From an uncultured Nitrososphaerota archaeon (GTDB lineage: Archaea > Korarchaeota > Korarchaeia > Korarchaeales > Korarchaeaceae): 64,000 bases of DNA. Positions 9,965 to 18,870 of the stretch are shown piece after piece (within the stretch, counting starts at the first letter, position 1; every line of letters begins with the position of its first letter). The DNA is taken from assembly GCA_964594835.1 (NCBI GenBank), contig CAZQNA010000001.1, positions 64,001 to 128,000 of the forward strand, read 5' to 3'. The notes beneath the pieces were generated by a model, which saw only the letters and a program-made list of their open reading frames with translations, was not told the DNA's origin and made no database searches. The position numbers were made by a program, and so were the translations under genes.

Positions 9965-11885
9965 CTTGGCCGACCTGGACTATCGAGACCTGGGCCTCAG
10001 GGTCGGGATAGAGATCCACCAGAGGCTGGCCACTAGGGAGAAGCTGTTCTGCCACTGTCCCCCCATCATGAGGCACGACGAGCCCCACATGTGGGTCAGG
10101 AGGAGGCTGAGGGTATCCTACAGCGAGCTGGGCTCAATAGACCCGGCCGCCAGGTTCGAGACGCTGAGGGCCAGGGTTTTCGAGTACGGCGTCTACTCCG
10201 ACACGACCTGTGAGGTGGAGCTGGACGAGGCCCCTCCCCTCCCCCTCAACAGGGAGGCCCTCGAGGTGGCGGTGGAGGTCGCCCTCATGCTGAACATGGA
10301 CGTGGTGGACGAGGTCCACGTCATGAGGAAGATCGTCGTGGACGGTAGCAACACGACGGGATTTCAGCGGACGGCCCTGGTGGCCCTCGGGAGCGAGGAC
10401 AGCTCGATAGATACCTCGGAGGGCAGAGTGGGCCTCTCCACACTTTGTCTGGAGGAGGAGTCGGCGTACATCGTGGAGACCACGCCCAGCGGAGCCCGGT
10501 ACAGGCTCGACAGGCTTGGGATACCCCTCATCGAGCTGGCCACCGAGGCCGACATAGGGTCCCCGGACCAGGCGAGGGAGGCGGCGCTCAAGCTCGGCCG
10601 GGTGCTGAGGGCCACGGGCAGGGTTCAGAGGGGGATTGGGAGCATAAGGCAGGACCTCAACGTGAGCGTCGAGGGCGGGGCCAGGCAGGAGATCAAGGGG
10701 GTTCAGGAGCTCGACCTGATCAGCGAGGTCGTGAGGAGGGAGGCCCGCAGGCAGGTGAGCCTGCTGGAGATCCGGGACGAGATGGCCTCGAGGGGGTTGT
10801 CCCCCTCGTCGTTCGAGGGCCTCGACGCCCTGGACGTAACTAAGCTCCTGGAGGGGTCCAGCTCCAAGCTGGTCCGACGCGCGCTGTCTTCGGGGTCGCG
10901 AGCCCTCCTGCTACCCCTGCCGGGGATGGGCGGCCTGCTGGGGAGGGAGGTTCAGCCCAACCGGAGGTTCGGCACGGAGCTCTCGGACTACGCCAAGGTC
11001 TTCGGGGGGGTAGCGGGCATACTCCACTCCGACGAGCTGCCGGGATACGGGATCACGGAGCGGGAGGTGGCCTCCCTCTACGCAGAGGCTGGACTCGACG
11101 GGTCAGATGCCTTCGTCCTCGTTCTGGCCTCAGGAGAGAGGGCCAAGCTGGCGCTGGACGCGGTCAGGAAGAGGGTGGCGCAGGCGGCGGTCGGGGTGCC
11201 GGAGGAGACTAGGAGGGCCCTGCCAGACGGGAACACGGCATTCATGAGGCCCCTTCCGGGGTCCGCCAGGATGTACCCGGAGACCGACGTGCTGCCCGTG
11301 GATACCGGCCCCATAGTCGCGGAGGTCACGGCCAGGGGACTCCCCGAGATGCCCGACAGGGTGGTCTCCAGGCTGATCGCCCGGTACGGCCTCACCGAGG
11401 ACCTGGCAAACATGCTGCTGGACGACGGGCGCATCTCACAGTTTGAGAGGGTGGCCTCGTCCATCTCTGGCCTGCCCCCCAGGTTCATAGCGTCCACCCT
11501 CACGTCGACGCTCCGGGGGCTGGCGGGAGAGGGCGTCGACGTTCACAGGATACCTGACCCGTCCCTCGAGACCACCCTCAGGCTGGTTGCCGAGGGCCGG
11601 CTCGCCAAGGAGGCCATCCCGGAGATCCTGAGGAGGCTGGCCGAGGACCCGGATCTGGACCCCTCCGACCTGGCCGCCAGCCTCACCATGAGCGAAGAGG
11701 AACTGGATGAGGTGATCGGGAGGGTCCTGGAGGAGGAGCGAGACGTCGTGATGAGGGTGGGGATGCGGGCCTTCGGCAGGCTCATGGGCAGGGTGATGTC
11801 GATCGTTCGCGGCAGGATAGACGGGGCCATCGTCAGCAGGAAGCTCAGGGAGGCCATCAGGGAGGCGGCGGGCGATCAGAAGTAG
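9957..11885 (+). CDS. gatE: Glu-tRNA(Gln) amidotransferase subunit E
   Basis: GIEIHQRL, MRKIVVDGSNTTGFQRT, LDRLGIPLIE, IRQDLNVS, HSDELP, RMYPETD. Confidence 0.96.
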   Translation: MPDLADLDYRDLGLRVGIEIHQRLATREKLFCHCPPIMRHDEPHMWVRRRLRVSYSELGSIDPAARFETLRARVFEYGVYSDTTCEVELDEAPPLPLNREALEVAVEVALMLNMDVVDEVHVMRKIVVDGSNTTGFQRTALVALGSEDSSIDTSEGRVGLSTLCLEEESAYIVETTPSGARYRLDRLGIPLIELATEADIGSPDQAREAALKLGRVLRATGRVQRGIGSIRQDLNVSVEGGARQEIKGVQELDLISEVVRREARRQVSLLEIRDEMASRGLSPSSFEGLDALDVTKLLEGSSSKLVRRALSSGSRALLLPLPGMGGLLGREVQPNRRFGTELSDYAKVFGGVAGILHSDELPGYGITEREVASLYAEAGLDGSDAFVLVLASGERAKLALDAVRKRVAQAAVGVPEETRRALPDGNTAFMRPLPGSARMYPETDVLPVDTGPIVAEVTARGLPEMPDRVVSRLIARYGLTEDLANMLLDDGRISQFERVASSISGLPPRFIASTLTSTLRGLAGEGVDVHRIPDPSLETTLRLVAEGRLAKEAIPEILRRLAEDPDLDPSDLAASLTMSEEELDEVIGRVLEEERDVVMRVGMRAFGRLMGRVMSIVRGRIDGAIVSRKLREAIREAAGDQK

Positions 11886-14428
11886 GCTGCCAGCCCCTCC
11901 TCGGACACGCCGCCGGCGACCTCGTCGAAGTCTATCCCGAGCACGTCCAGTATCTGCTCGAAGGTCGTCTTCATTATCTCCATGTACTTCTGGACGTCTA
12001 CCTCCTCCCTCCTCGCCAGAGAGACCGGCTTCACTCCCTGACGACCGGTGGTCTTCACGAACTCTATCACGGTCCCGGGGTAGACCCTGACGCCCCTTGC
12101 CTCGAGCATCCGGGCCGCCTTGACGTGCTGGGGGGTGGTCTTCACGTAGGACCTAAGGGGCTTGGTCAGGACCATCCTGAACGAGACCTCCTCGAGGCTG
12201 AACTCCCTGCGCTTGAGCCTGTTCACGTACTCCCTGATCTTCTCTTTGATCTCTCTCCTGGCGTTTTCAAAGTCCTCGGGATCCTGGACCGACCTGAGGA
12301 TGTCTATGACCTCGGCGAAGGCCCTCCTTATCAGGTCCGGGACGTTCCGCTTCTTGCCGAGGAGGCCCTTGATGTCCACCGTCCCGTCGTCCCTCACCCC
12401 GAGGTAGTTCTTCTTCAGCCTCGACAGGATCACGTACCGGTAGTGCTTCTCCAGCTCTATGTCTATCCCGAGTTCCTCCTCGACGCGACGCTCAAGCGCC
12501 CTGAGCTCGCCTCTGAGGGCCCCCTTTATGAACAGGGAGTCCGTGTCCCCGTAGACCACGTTGAGCCCCAGGTCCCTGGCTATCCTCAGGGCGGTGACCA
12601 TCGCCTTCCGCGCCAGGGCCGTTATCATCTCGGCCGCCGGGGGGGAGTAGAGTGGGAAGTTCTCGTACCCGAAGACGCCGTAGGAGGCGTTCAACAGGAC
12701 CTTTAGACCGCTCTGGACCACGTCGTACCACCGCCTCTGCTCCTCGGGGAGGCTCTGGTCCTTGGCCAGCCTCTTGTACCGCCCAACCCTAAGGTCCCTC
12801 AGGACCCCGATCAGCCTCGGGACGAGGCCCACCTCCTCGTGCGTGCAGATCCAGTGAGGGAGTCCCTCGGCCGGCCTATTCGAGCGGCACTCCTCGTGCG
12901 GGCAGTTCACCGTCTCGAAGCTGACCCTCCAGCGGGCTATTATGCTGGGGTAGAGGCTGGCGAAGTCCATGACGTGGACGTCGAAGTGGACGCCCGGCAC
13001 CGGCTCGAGCACTATGGCCCCCATGTACTTCTTCCCCTTGATCAGCGCCCGGCTGTAGGTCTCAGCTCCCCTGACCAGCACTATCTCCTCCTTGTTTGGG
13101 ATGAGCCACCCCCTCCTCCTGTACTCGAAGTAGATCATGTTCTTGATCCACTGGGATATCCCGAGCCTGGAGACGTCCTCCAGCGGGAGCTTGCTCAGCC
13201 TGGAGAACAGCATGAGGAGCTCAATCAACCTGCCGTCGAGGACGTTCCCAAGCATGTACGTGATCTTGGCGTCCCTGTAGCAGTAGCTGGCCAGCTTGGC
13301 GGTCCCTATGGAGGTGAAGTCCCTCCCGACCTCGAGCTTCCCCACCCCCACGACGGCCTGGGCTATCTCGTCGAGCGTGGTCCCGAGGTACTTCCCCCCG
13401 AAGATGTAGACCTGAACGGAGCGGTTGCTGTACAGCTGGTAGAGGTCGATGTGGACCCCCGTGTCCAGCAGGGCTCTATCACGCTCGAGCCTAATGGGCT
13501 TCGGGCTCACTCCAAGCTCCTGAGCCCTCCTGGCCAGGTAGGGCATGTCGAACCCGTCGCCGTTGAACGTGAACACGATCGGGTATCTGGAGATCTTGTC
13601 GAGGATCGTCCTGATGAGCTCGGCCTCGCTCTCGTGGACCACGACTCTGGCCTCGTCTATCCGGTCGGGGACCTCCGACGAGCCCCGCCTCAGGAGGTGA
13701 ACCTCGTTCTCCTCCTCTCCAGCCAGCGCCGCGGCGATGACCGGGTGCTTAACCTCCTTGGCGGACGGGATCTGGTTCTCGGCGGCAGCGACCTCTATGT
13801 CGACGGCCACGCCCCTCATCCTGGGGGCCCTGATCTCCAGGATCCTTCCGAGGTCCTCCAGAAGGCGGCGGCTGGTCTCGTCTGTGGCCGCATGCGGTAT
13901 CTCCGGGGCCCGCGATTCCTCCGGAACCAGGGGTTCTAGCCCACCGTCCTCCCTCACCCTGTACGGCAGCCCGGGGATCAGCCCGAGGTCGTAAATGTAG
14001 CTCTCGTAGTACTTGATGCGGGCCTCCCACACCTGTCGTCCGGACCTCTCTAGGAGGTCTCTCAGGCCGCCGCCCTTCTCTCCCCCGACCGCCAGGGGGT
14101 CCTTCGTCTCCACCTTCGTCAGGCGGGCCGCCCTCAGCCTGACTACGTCCCACCTCTCCACAGGGGCGTATCCCGAGATCCTGGCGGCCAGCCTCCCCGC
14201 GAGTTCCTGAATCTCCTCGGGGCTGGCGTCCGTGAGGAGGTAGGGCCTGTGGCCGGTCCAGTCGGGAACGTGGAAGACCTCTCCGCTCTCGGGGTCGTAC
14301 AACTTGGCGACGGCCCTCCTCTCGGAGCCCTCATAGTAGACCGACAGGAGGTACCCGACTCTCCCCGCGGAGGGCACCAATTGGGACGCCTCTCTTCGCG
14401 AAATCCCCGACGCCACAAGGCGAACCAT
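11876..14428 (-). CDS. polB1: Family B DNA polymerase, PolB1 type, intact proofreading motifs
   Basis: Exo motifs DIE, FNGDGFD, YCYRD; pol motifs DFASLYPS, KVLLNASYG, YGDTDS; PolB1-typical KTTPQHVKAA and D-TGH-PY N-terminus. Start may be slightly downstream. Confidence 0.93.
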   Translation of the reverse strand: MVRLVASGISRREASQLVPSAGRVGYLLSVYYEGSERRAVAKLYDPESGEVFHVPDWTGHRPYLLTDASPEEIQELAGRLAARISGYAPVERWDVVRLRAARLTKVETKDPLAVGGEKGGGLRDLLERSGRQVWEARIKYYESYIYDLGLIPGLPYRVREDGGLEPLVPEESRAPEIPHAATDETSRRLLEDLGRILEIRAPRMRGVAVDIEVAAAENQIPSAKEVKHPVIAAALAGEEENEVHLLRRGSSEVPDRIDEARVVVHESEAELIRTILDKISRYPIVFTFNGDGFDMPYLARRAQELGVSPKPIRLERDRALLDTGVHIDLYQLYSNRSVQVYIFGGKYLGTTLDEIAQAVVGVGKLEVGRDFTSIGTAKLASYCYRDAKITYMLGNVLDGRLIELLMLFSRLSKLPLEDVSRLGISQWIKNMIYFEYRRRGWLIPNKEEIVLVRGAETYSRALIKGKKYMGAIVLEPVPGVHFDVHVMDFASLYPSIIARWRVSFETVNCPHEECRSNRPAEGLPHWICTHEEVGLVPRLIGVLRDLRVGRYKRLAKDQSLPEEQRRWYDVVQSGLKVLLNASYGVFGYENFPLYSPPAAEMITALARKAMVTALRIARDLGLNVVYGDTDSLFIKGALRGELRALERRVEEELGIDIELEKHYRYVILSRLKKNYLGVRDDGTVDIKGLLGKKRNVPDLIRRAFAEVIDILRSVQDPEDFENARREIKEKIREYVNRLKRREFSLEEVSFRMVLTKPLRSYVKTTPQHVKAARMLEARGVRVYPGTVIEFVKTTGRQGVKPVSLARREEVDVQKYMEIMKTTFEQILDVLGIDFDEVAGGVSEEGLAAYF

Positions 14429-14480
14429 GATTTAAATATCCTGCCGTCGGGAGCCCCGAGTCGAAGGAGGGCTGAGGAGG

Positions 14481-15506
14481 ATGGGAATAATCTCGCGGGC
14501 GGCGGCGACTGCGCTGATAGCCTTGATCACCCTTTCCACCCCCTACGTCAACTCGGTTCCGCCCATAGGAATGAAGACCCCGATGCCCGACGAGTCTGTC
14601 GTGACTGTGTTGCTGAACCCGGACTTCAGCGCGAACTTCTCCGGCCGCATCTACAGGGCGTTCTCCACCGTTGAGTTCAGCTACTACACGAGGAGGGGGG
14701 TCCCCCTTGCCATGGGAATAAGGTACGAGGGCTACATTGACCTCAAGAGGTCGGGTGACGCCCTTGAGGGCACATACCGCCTCTACGTGACGCCCAACCT
14801 CCCAGAGGGGGCGGACCCCGACCTGGCGATCCGGCTCCTGAACACCCTGCAGTCGATGGGGTCCCCGTACCTCTCCCTCCAGGAGCTGATGAAGACCCTG
14901 TTCGGCGAGGGCTTCCTGATGATCCCGAGGCCCACCCTGAAGACCGACCTGACGGTTACCTTCGCCAACCCGGTTACCGGGAAGAACCTGACCGGCAGGG
15001 GATTCACGGTCGAGGCGCCGGTGAGGAGCGAGACGCCCTTCCTCGAGGAGTACAGGGTACACTTCATCCTGCAGTCACCCAAGCCTCCAGTGAACCCCGG
15101 CTGGGTGGGCTACCTGTTCTACGAGGTCAGCGGGAAGACCGTTCGCTTCGAGTCCCCCTACCCCCTCAAGAGGGAGGGGCACGTGACCTCCCTGTATCTC
15201 GATCCCATAACCACGGCTCTCCCGAGGGGATCGCCGTACACCCTGATATTCACGGATGAGGTGCCGGGGCTGGTGGTCGTCGGAGCGGAGCCCAACCCAT
15301 TCGAGTTGACTCTGGACCAGGTCGTGTGGGAGGTGAGCGCGGCCGAGGACGTGGAGGGGGTGAGGGTGGACCTCGGGGAGCTGGAGGTCGGGGGGTTCGG
15401 ATCATCCGCGACCCTCTCGGGGGTGCTCCCCCTGATCCCTCCGCTGGCCGGGGCGGCCGCGCTGGCCTACGCGGCTCAGAGGAGGAGGAAGCGGAGGGCG
15501 GGATAG
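14481..15506 (+). CDS. Hypothetical secreted/surface protein with C-terminal membrane anchor
   Basis: Hydrophobic signal-like N-terminus, beta-rich body, C-terminal hydrophobic helix followed by RRRKRR. Confidence 0.7.
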   Translation: MGIISRAAATALIALITLSTPYVNSVPPIGMKTPMPDESVVTVLLNPDFSANFSGRIYRAFSTVEFSYYTRRGVPLAMGIRYEGYIDLKRSGDALEGTYRLYVTPNLPEGADPDLAIRLLNTLQSMGSPYLSLQELMKTLFGEGFLMIPRPTLKTDLTVTFANPVTGKNLTGRGFTVEAPVRSETPFLEEYRVHFILQSPKPPVNPGWVGYLFYEVSGKTVRFESPYPLKREGHVTSLYLDPITTALPRGSPYTLIFTDEVPGLVVVGAEPNPFELTLDQVVWEVSAAEDVEGVRVDLGELEVGGFGSSATLSGVLPLIPPLAGAAALAYAAQRRRKRRAG

Positions 15507-15525
15507 GCGGGGCCTCCCGGCCATG

Positions 15526-15533
15526 TTTAAATA
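15526..15533 (+). promoter_or_regulatory. TATA box of ribosomal protein operon
   Basis: TTTAAATA about 45 nt before rpl22, followed by a GGCGAAAGCC hairpin and GAGGTG SD. Confidence 0.55.
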
Positions 15534-15577
15534 ACCTCGCCAAAAGGTGTGGGCGAAAGCCTAGAGGTGGTGGCCCA

Positions 15578-16042
15578 GTGCCTAACTTCGGTTACTCCTA
15601 CGCAGGGGAGCTCGCTGAAAACCAAGTGAGAGCTTCTGCCAGGGATCTGAGGGTCTCATTCAAGGAGATGGTCGAGCTTGCCCGCGAACTCAGGGGCAAG
15701 TCACTAGAGGATGCCCGCAGGGTGCTTGAGGACGTCATCGCCCTCAGGAGGCCAATCCCCTTCAGGAGGTACAAGAAGGGGGTGGGTCACAGGCGTCAGC
15801 TGCAGGGCTGGAAGGCGGGCAGGTATCCCGTGAAGGCCGCCAAGCTCGTGATGAAGCTGCTCAAGAGCGCGGAGGCCAACGCCGAGCAGAAGGGGCTCGA
15901 CACCGAGAGACTATTCATAAGGCACATAGCGGCCCAGCAGGGCCCGAAGCTCCGGAGGTTCTTTCCGAGGGCCTATGGGAGGGCCACCCCCAAGGTAGAG
16001 CAGCTGGTCCACGTGGAGGTGGTCCTGGAGGAGGGGGGGTGA
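15578..16042 (+). CDS. rpl22: 50S ribosomal protein uL22
   Basis: GRYPVKAA, NAEQKGLD, PRAYGRAT; GTG start after SD. Confidence 0.95.
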   Translation: MPNFGYSYAGELAENQVRASARDLRVSFKEMVELARELRGKSLEDARRVLEDVIALRRPIPFRRYKKGVGHRRQLQGWKAGRYPVKAAKLVMKLLKSAEANAEQKGLDTERLFIRHIAAQQGPKLRRFFPRAYGRATPKVEQLVHVEVVLEEGG

Positions 16043-16049
16043 CCTGCGC

Positions 16050-16895
16050 TTGAGCGCCAAGGCGAGTCCAACCTACAAGAAGATAGTCGAGGAGGGTCTG
16101 ATAAAGGCCAGGGTGTACGAGTTCCTGCAAGGGGAGCTCGACAGGGCCGGTTTTCACGGGGCGAAGGTCGTAACCACGCCCGTGAGGGACGTCGTGACGC
16201 TCTACGTGGAGAGGCCGGGCCTCGTCATCGGTAGGGGTGGAAGGATAGCGAAGAGGCTGACGGAGATCCTCAAGAGGGAGTTCGGATTCCAAAACCCCTA
16301 CCTCAGGGTCGAGAAGGTCGAGCAGCCATTCCTGAGCGCCGGCATAGTTGCCAACTACATAGCCAGGAGGATAATGAGGGGAGAGCGCCACAAGAGGGCC
16401 GCCTTTGCCGCCCTGCGGAGGGTCATGGCGTCGGGCGCGAAGGGGGTCGAGATCAGGATAGCGGGGAAGTTCACCGGTCAGAGGGCTCGGGAGGAGAGGT
16501 TCAGGGCCGGCGTCATATACAGGTGCGGCGAGGAGCCCACGAGCTACGTTGACTACGCCGTCCGTCACGTGATGCTCCCCCAGGGGATGCTCGGGATCCG
16601 GGTGAGGATAGTTAGGCCCGTGGACGAGTCAACGATGCCGGACCAGGTCGTGGTCGTCCCCGAGAAGGTTGAGGAGCTTCTATCCGAGCTCTCTGGGGAG
16701 GCCCCCGGAGAGGCCGAGGAGGGTGCCGAGGTGCCCCCCGAACTCTTGGGGGAGGACGCGGGGGAGGAGAGCGACCGTCCCTCCGAGTCCGAGGAGGGCG
16801 AAGATGTGGAGGTGAGTGAGGCTGCCGTTGAGGAGCGAGACTCTGGAGGAGCTGAGGGGACTGCCGGAGGAGGAGCTGAGGAGGAGGCTCAGTGA
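16050..16895 (+). CDS. rps3: 30S ribosomal protein uS3 with long acidic tail
   Basis: RPGLVIGRGG KH motif, GAKGVEIRIAGK, GMLGIRVRI. Confidence 0.95.
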   Translation: MSAKASPTYKKIVEEGLIKARVYEFLQGELDRAGFHGAKVVTTPVRDVVTLYVERPGLVIGRGGRIAKRLTEILKREFGFQNPYLRVEKVEQPFLSAGIVANYIARRIMRGERHKRAAFAALRRVMASGAKGVEIRIAGKFTGQRAREERFRAGVIYRCGEEPTSYVDYAVRHVMLPQGMLGIRVRIVRPVDESTMPDQVVVVPEKVEELLSELSGEAPGEAEEGAEVPPELLGEDAGEESDRPSESEEGEDVEVSEAAVEERDSGGAEGTAGGGAEEEAQ

Positions 16896-17034
16896 CCTCA
16901 GGAGGGAGTACTTCGACCTCCAGGCCAAGCTGGCCGCGGGAGCTCCCCCCGAGCAGATACACAGGTTCAAGCAGGTTCGCAGGCAGATAGCCCGGCTGCT
17001 CACTGTGATGAGGGAGAGGGGGTTCCTGGCTTGA
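16816..17034 (+). CDS. rpl29: 50S ribosomal protein uL29
   Basis: ELRGL..EEL...RRQIARLLTV; canonical position after rps3; GGAGGTGA SD. Confidence 0.9.
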   Translation: MRLPLRSETLEELRGLPEEELRRRLSDLRREYFDLQAKLAAGAPPEQIHRFKQVRRQIARLLTVMRERGFLA

Positions 17035-17339
17035 TGAGATCGCTGGAAGAATTCTATCGTCGTGTCAGAGTCTCTAGAAAGCCCTCCGACATCCTCTACC
17101 ACGAGTTGATAGGCCTCAGGGTGGAGGTGGAGTCGTCCCCCGACCCGGACCAGGTGGGGCTCTCTGGCGTCGTCGTGGATGAGACCAGCGGCTTGCTGGT
17201 GGTAGAGACGTCCCTCGGCCCCCGAATGGTGCCGAAGTCACACAGAGTGTTTTTGTTCACCCTGCCCTCGGGCAGGAGGGTCAGGGTCATGGGCGACAGG
17301 CTGGTGGGAAGACCGGAGGAGAGGGTGAAGAGGATATGA
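17031..17339 (+). CDS. rnp1: Ribonuclease P protein component 1 (Rpp29)
   Basis: HELIGLRVEV, GVVVDET, GRPEER; canonical position. Confidence 0.9.
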   Translation: MMRSLEEFYRRVRVSRKPSDILYHELIGLRVEVESSPDPDQVGLSGVVVDETSGLLVVETSLGPRMVPKSHRVFLFTLPSGRRVRVMGDRLVGRPEERVKRI

Positions 17340-17701
17340 GCGGCAGCAGGGTTAGGAACTTACCCGATTACCTGATCTCCGACGTGATCCCCCCCGAGAG
17401 GGAGTGCGACGATGACAAGTGCCCCTGGCACGGCACGATATCCGTCCGGGGGAAGGCCCTAGTTGGCGAGGTCGTCTCGACGAAGATGACCGGAACGATC
17501 ACGGTCCAGGTGAGCTACCTCCACTACGTCCCCAAGTTCAAGAGGTACGAGCGGAGGAGGAGCAAGATCCACGCGCACCTCCCCCCCTGCATAGACGTGA
17601 GGGAGGGGGACCTGGTCAAAATCGCCGAGACGAGGAGGCTGGCAAAGACCGTCAGTCACGTTGTCCTGGGGGTGGTGAGGGGCGAGAGGAAGGAGGGGTG
17701 A
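17336..17701 (+). CDS. rps17: 30S ribosomal protein uS17
   Basis: CDDDKCPWHG, KFKRYERR, AHLPPC, ETRRLAKT. Confidence 0.95.
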   Translation: MSGSRVRNLPDYLISDVIPPERECDDDKCPWHGTISVRGKALVGEVVSTKMTGTITVQVSYLHYVPKFKRYERRRSKIHAHLPPCIDVREGDLVKIAETRRLAKTVSHVVLGVVRGERKEG

Positions 17702-17704
17702 CGG

Positions 17705-18808
17705 TCAGCCCACCTTCCTCCTCCACCCGTACCTGCTCGTGTCGTAGAAGGGCATGCTTGAGATCTGGACCTCTATCCTGCCGGCGCCCTCGGCCACAAG
17801 CCTCGTGCCCGGCTCGGCCAGGTCCGACCTGACGTATCCCATAGCCACGCCGACCCCGACGGTGGGGCTGTAGACGCCGCTCGTTACCCTCCCGACGGGC
17901 TCTCCATCCTTGACGAGTCTGTCCCCGTGTCGGGGCGCCCTGCGGGACAGGCTCCTGAGGCCCACCCGCTTCTCCCTCGGTCCACTCTTCAGGGCCTCCT
18001 CCACGGCGTCCTTCCCGATGAACTCCTCCTTCTCGAGGTTGACCGCGAACATCAGATCCGCCTCCACCGGATTGGTGCCCTCGTCCATGTCCTCTCCGTA
18101 GAGGGGGAGCCCAGCCTCCAGCCTCAGTATGTCCCTTGCCCCCAGCCCGCAGGGAGAGGCCCCCTCCCTCACCAGCTCCCTCAGGAGTTCAGAGGCGACG
18201 GACGCATCCCAGAGTATAATCTCGTATCCGTCCTCCCCAGTGTAGCCGGTCCTGCTTATCAGGGCCTCCCGTCCATGGACGCGTGTCATTGTGTTTCTGA
18301 ACTTCCTGATCTTGATGGTCGTGCCGATTACCCTGTGGACGAGGTCTCTGGCTGAGGGACCCTGGACTGCCAGCATGGCCGAGTCGAAGGTCTCGTCCGC
18401 GACGGACGCTCGAAAGCCCCTCTCCTCCAACACGCTCTCGAACCAAGACAGGATCTTCTCCCTGCTCGCGGCGTTCACGACCAGCACGTACTCCTCTGGA
18501 CCGATTCGGAAGACCATGTCGTCGTCCTTGATCCCGCCCCCTGGGTTAAGGGTCAGGGTGTACCTGCTCCTCCCCACCTCCACGTCCACCTGGTTTGAGG
18601 TCACGTAGTTCAGGAACCCGGCGGCGTCCTTCCCCCTTATCCTCAGCCTCCCCATGTGGGAGACGTCGAAGACCCCGGCCGAATTTCTGACCGCGGCGGT
18701 CTCTTTCAGGGAGCTCGTGTACTTTATTGGCATTCTCCAGCCGGCAAACGTCGTGAAAGAGGCCCCCAACTCCTCGTGGACTTCCATCAGAGGGCTCTCG
18801 TGGGACAT
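17705..18808 (-). CDS. gcvT: Glycine cleavage system aminomethyltransferase T
   Basis: FAGWRMP, FDVSHMG, SRTGYTGEDGYE, GLGARDILRLEAG. Confidence 0.95.
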   Translation of the reverse strand: MSHESPLMEVHEELGASFTTFAGWRMPIKYTSSLKETAAVRNSAGVFDVSHMGRLRIRGKDAAGFLNYVTSNQVDVEVGRSRYTLTLNPGGGIKDDDMVFRIGPEEYVLVVNAASREKILSWFESVLEERGFRASVADETFDSAMLAVQGPSARDLVHRVIGTTIKIRKFRNTMTRVHGREALISRTGYTGEDGYEIILWDASVASELLRELVREGASPCGLGARDILRLEAGLPLYGEDMDEGTNPVEADLMFAVNLEKEEFIGKDAVEEALKSGPREKRVGLRSLSRRAPRHGDRLVKDGEPVGRVTSGVYSPTVGVGVAMGYVRSDLAEPGTRLVAEGAGRIEVQISSMPFYDTSRYGWRRKVG

Positions 18809-18870
18809 CTAGCCCACGGCGTGCGCGAAATCTTAAACCATTTCTCCGGAGAAATCGCGCCGAGTTCGAT

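Noticed and set aside
11876-14428. Possible inteins in the polymerases and synthetases
   Set aside because: Lengths are normal and I saw no splice-junction or LAGLIDADG motifs.
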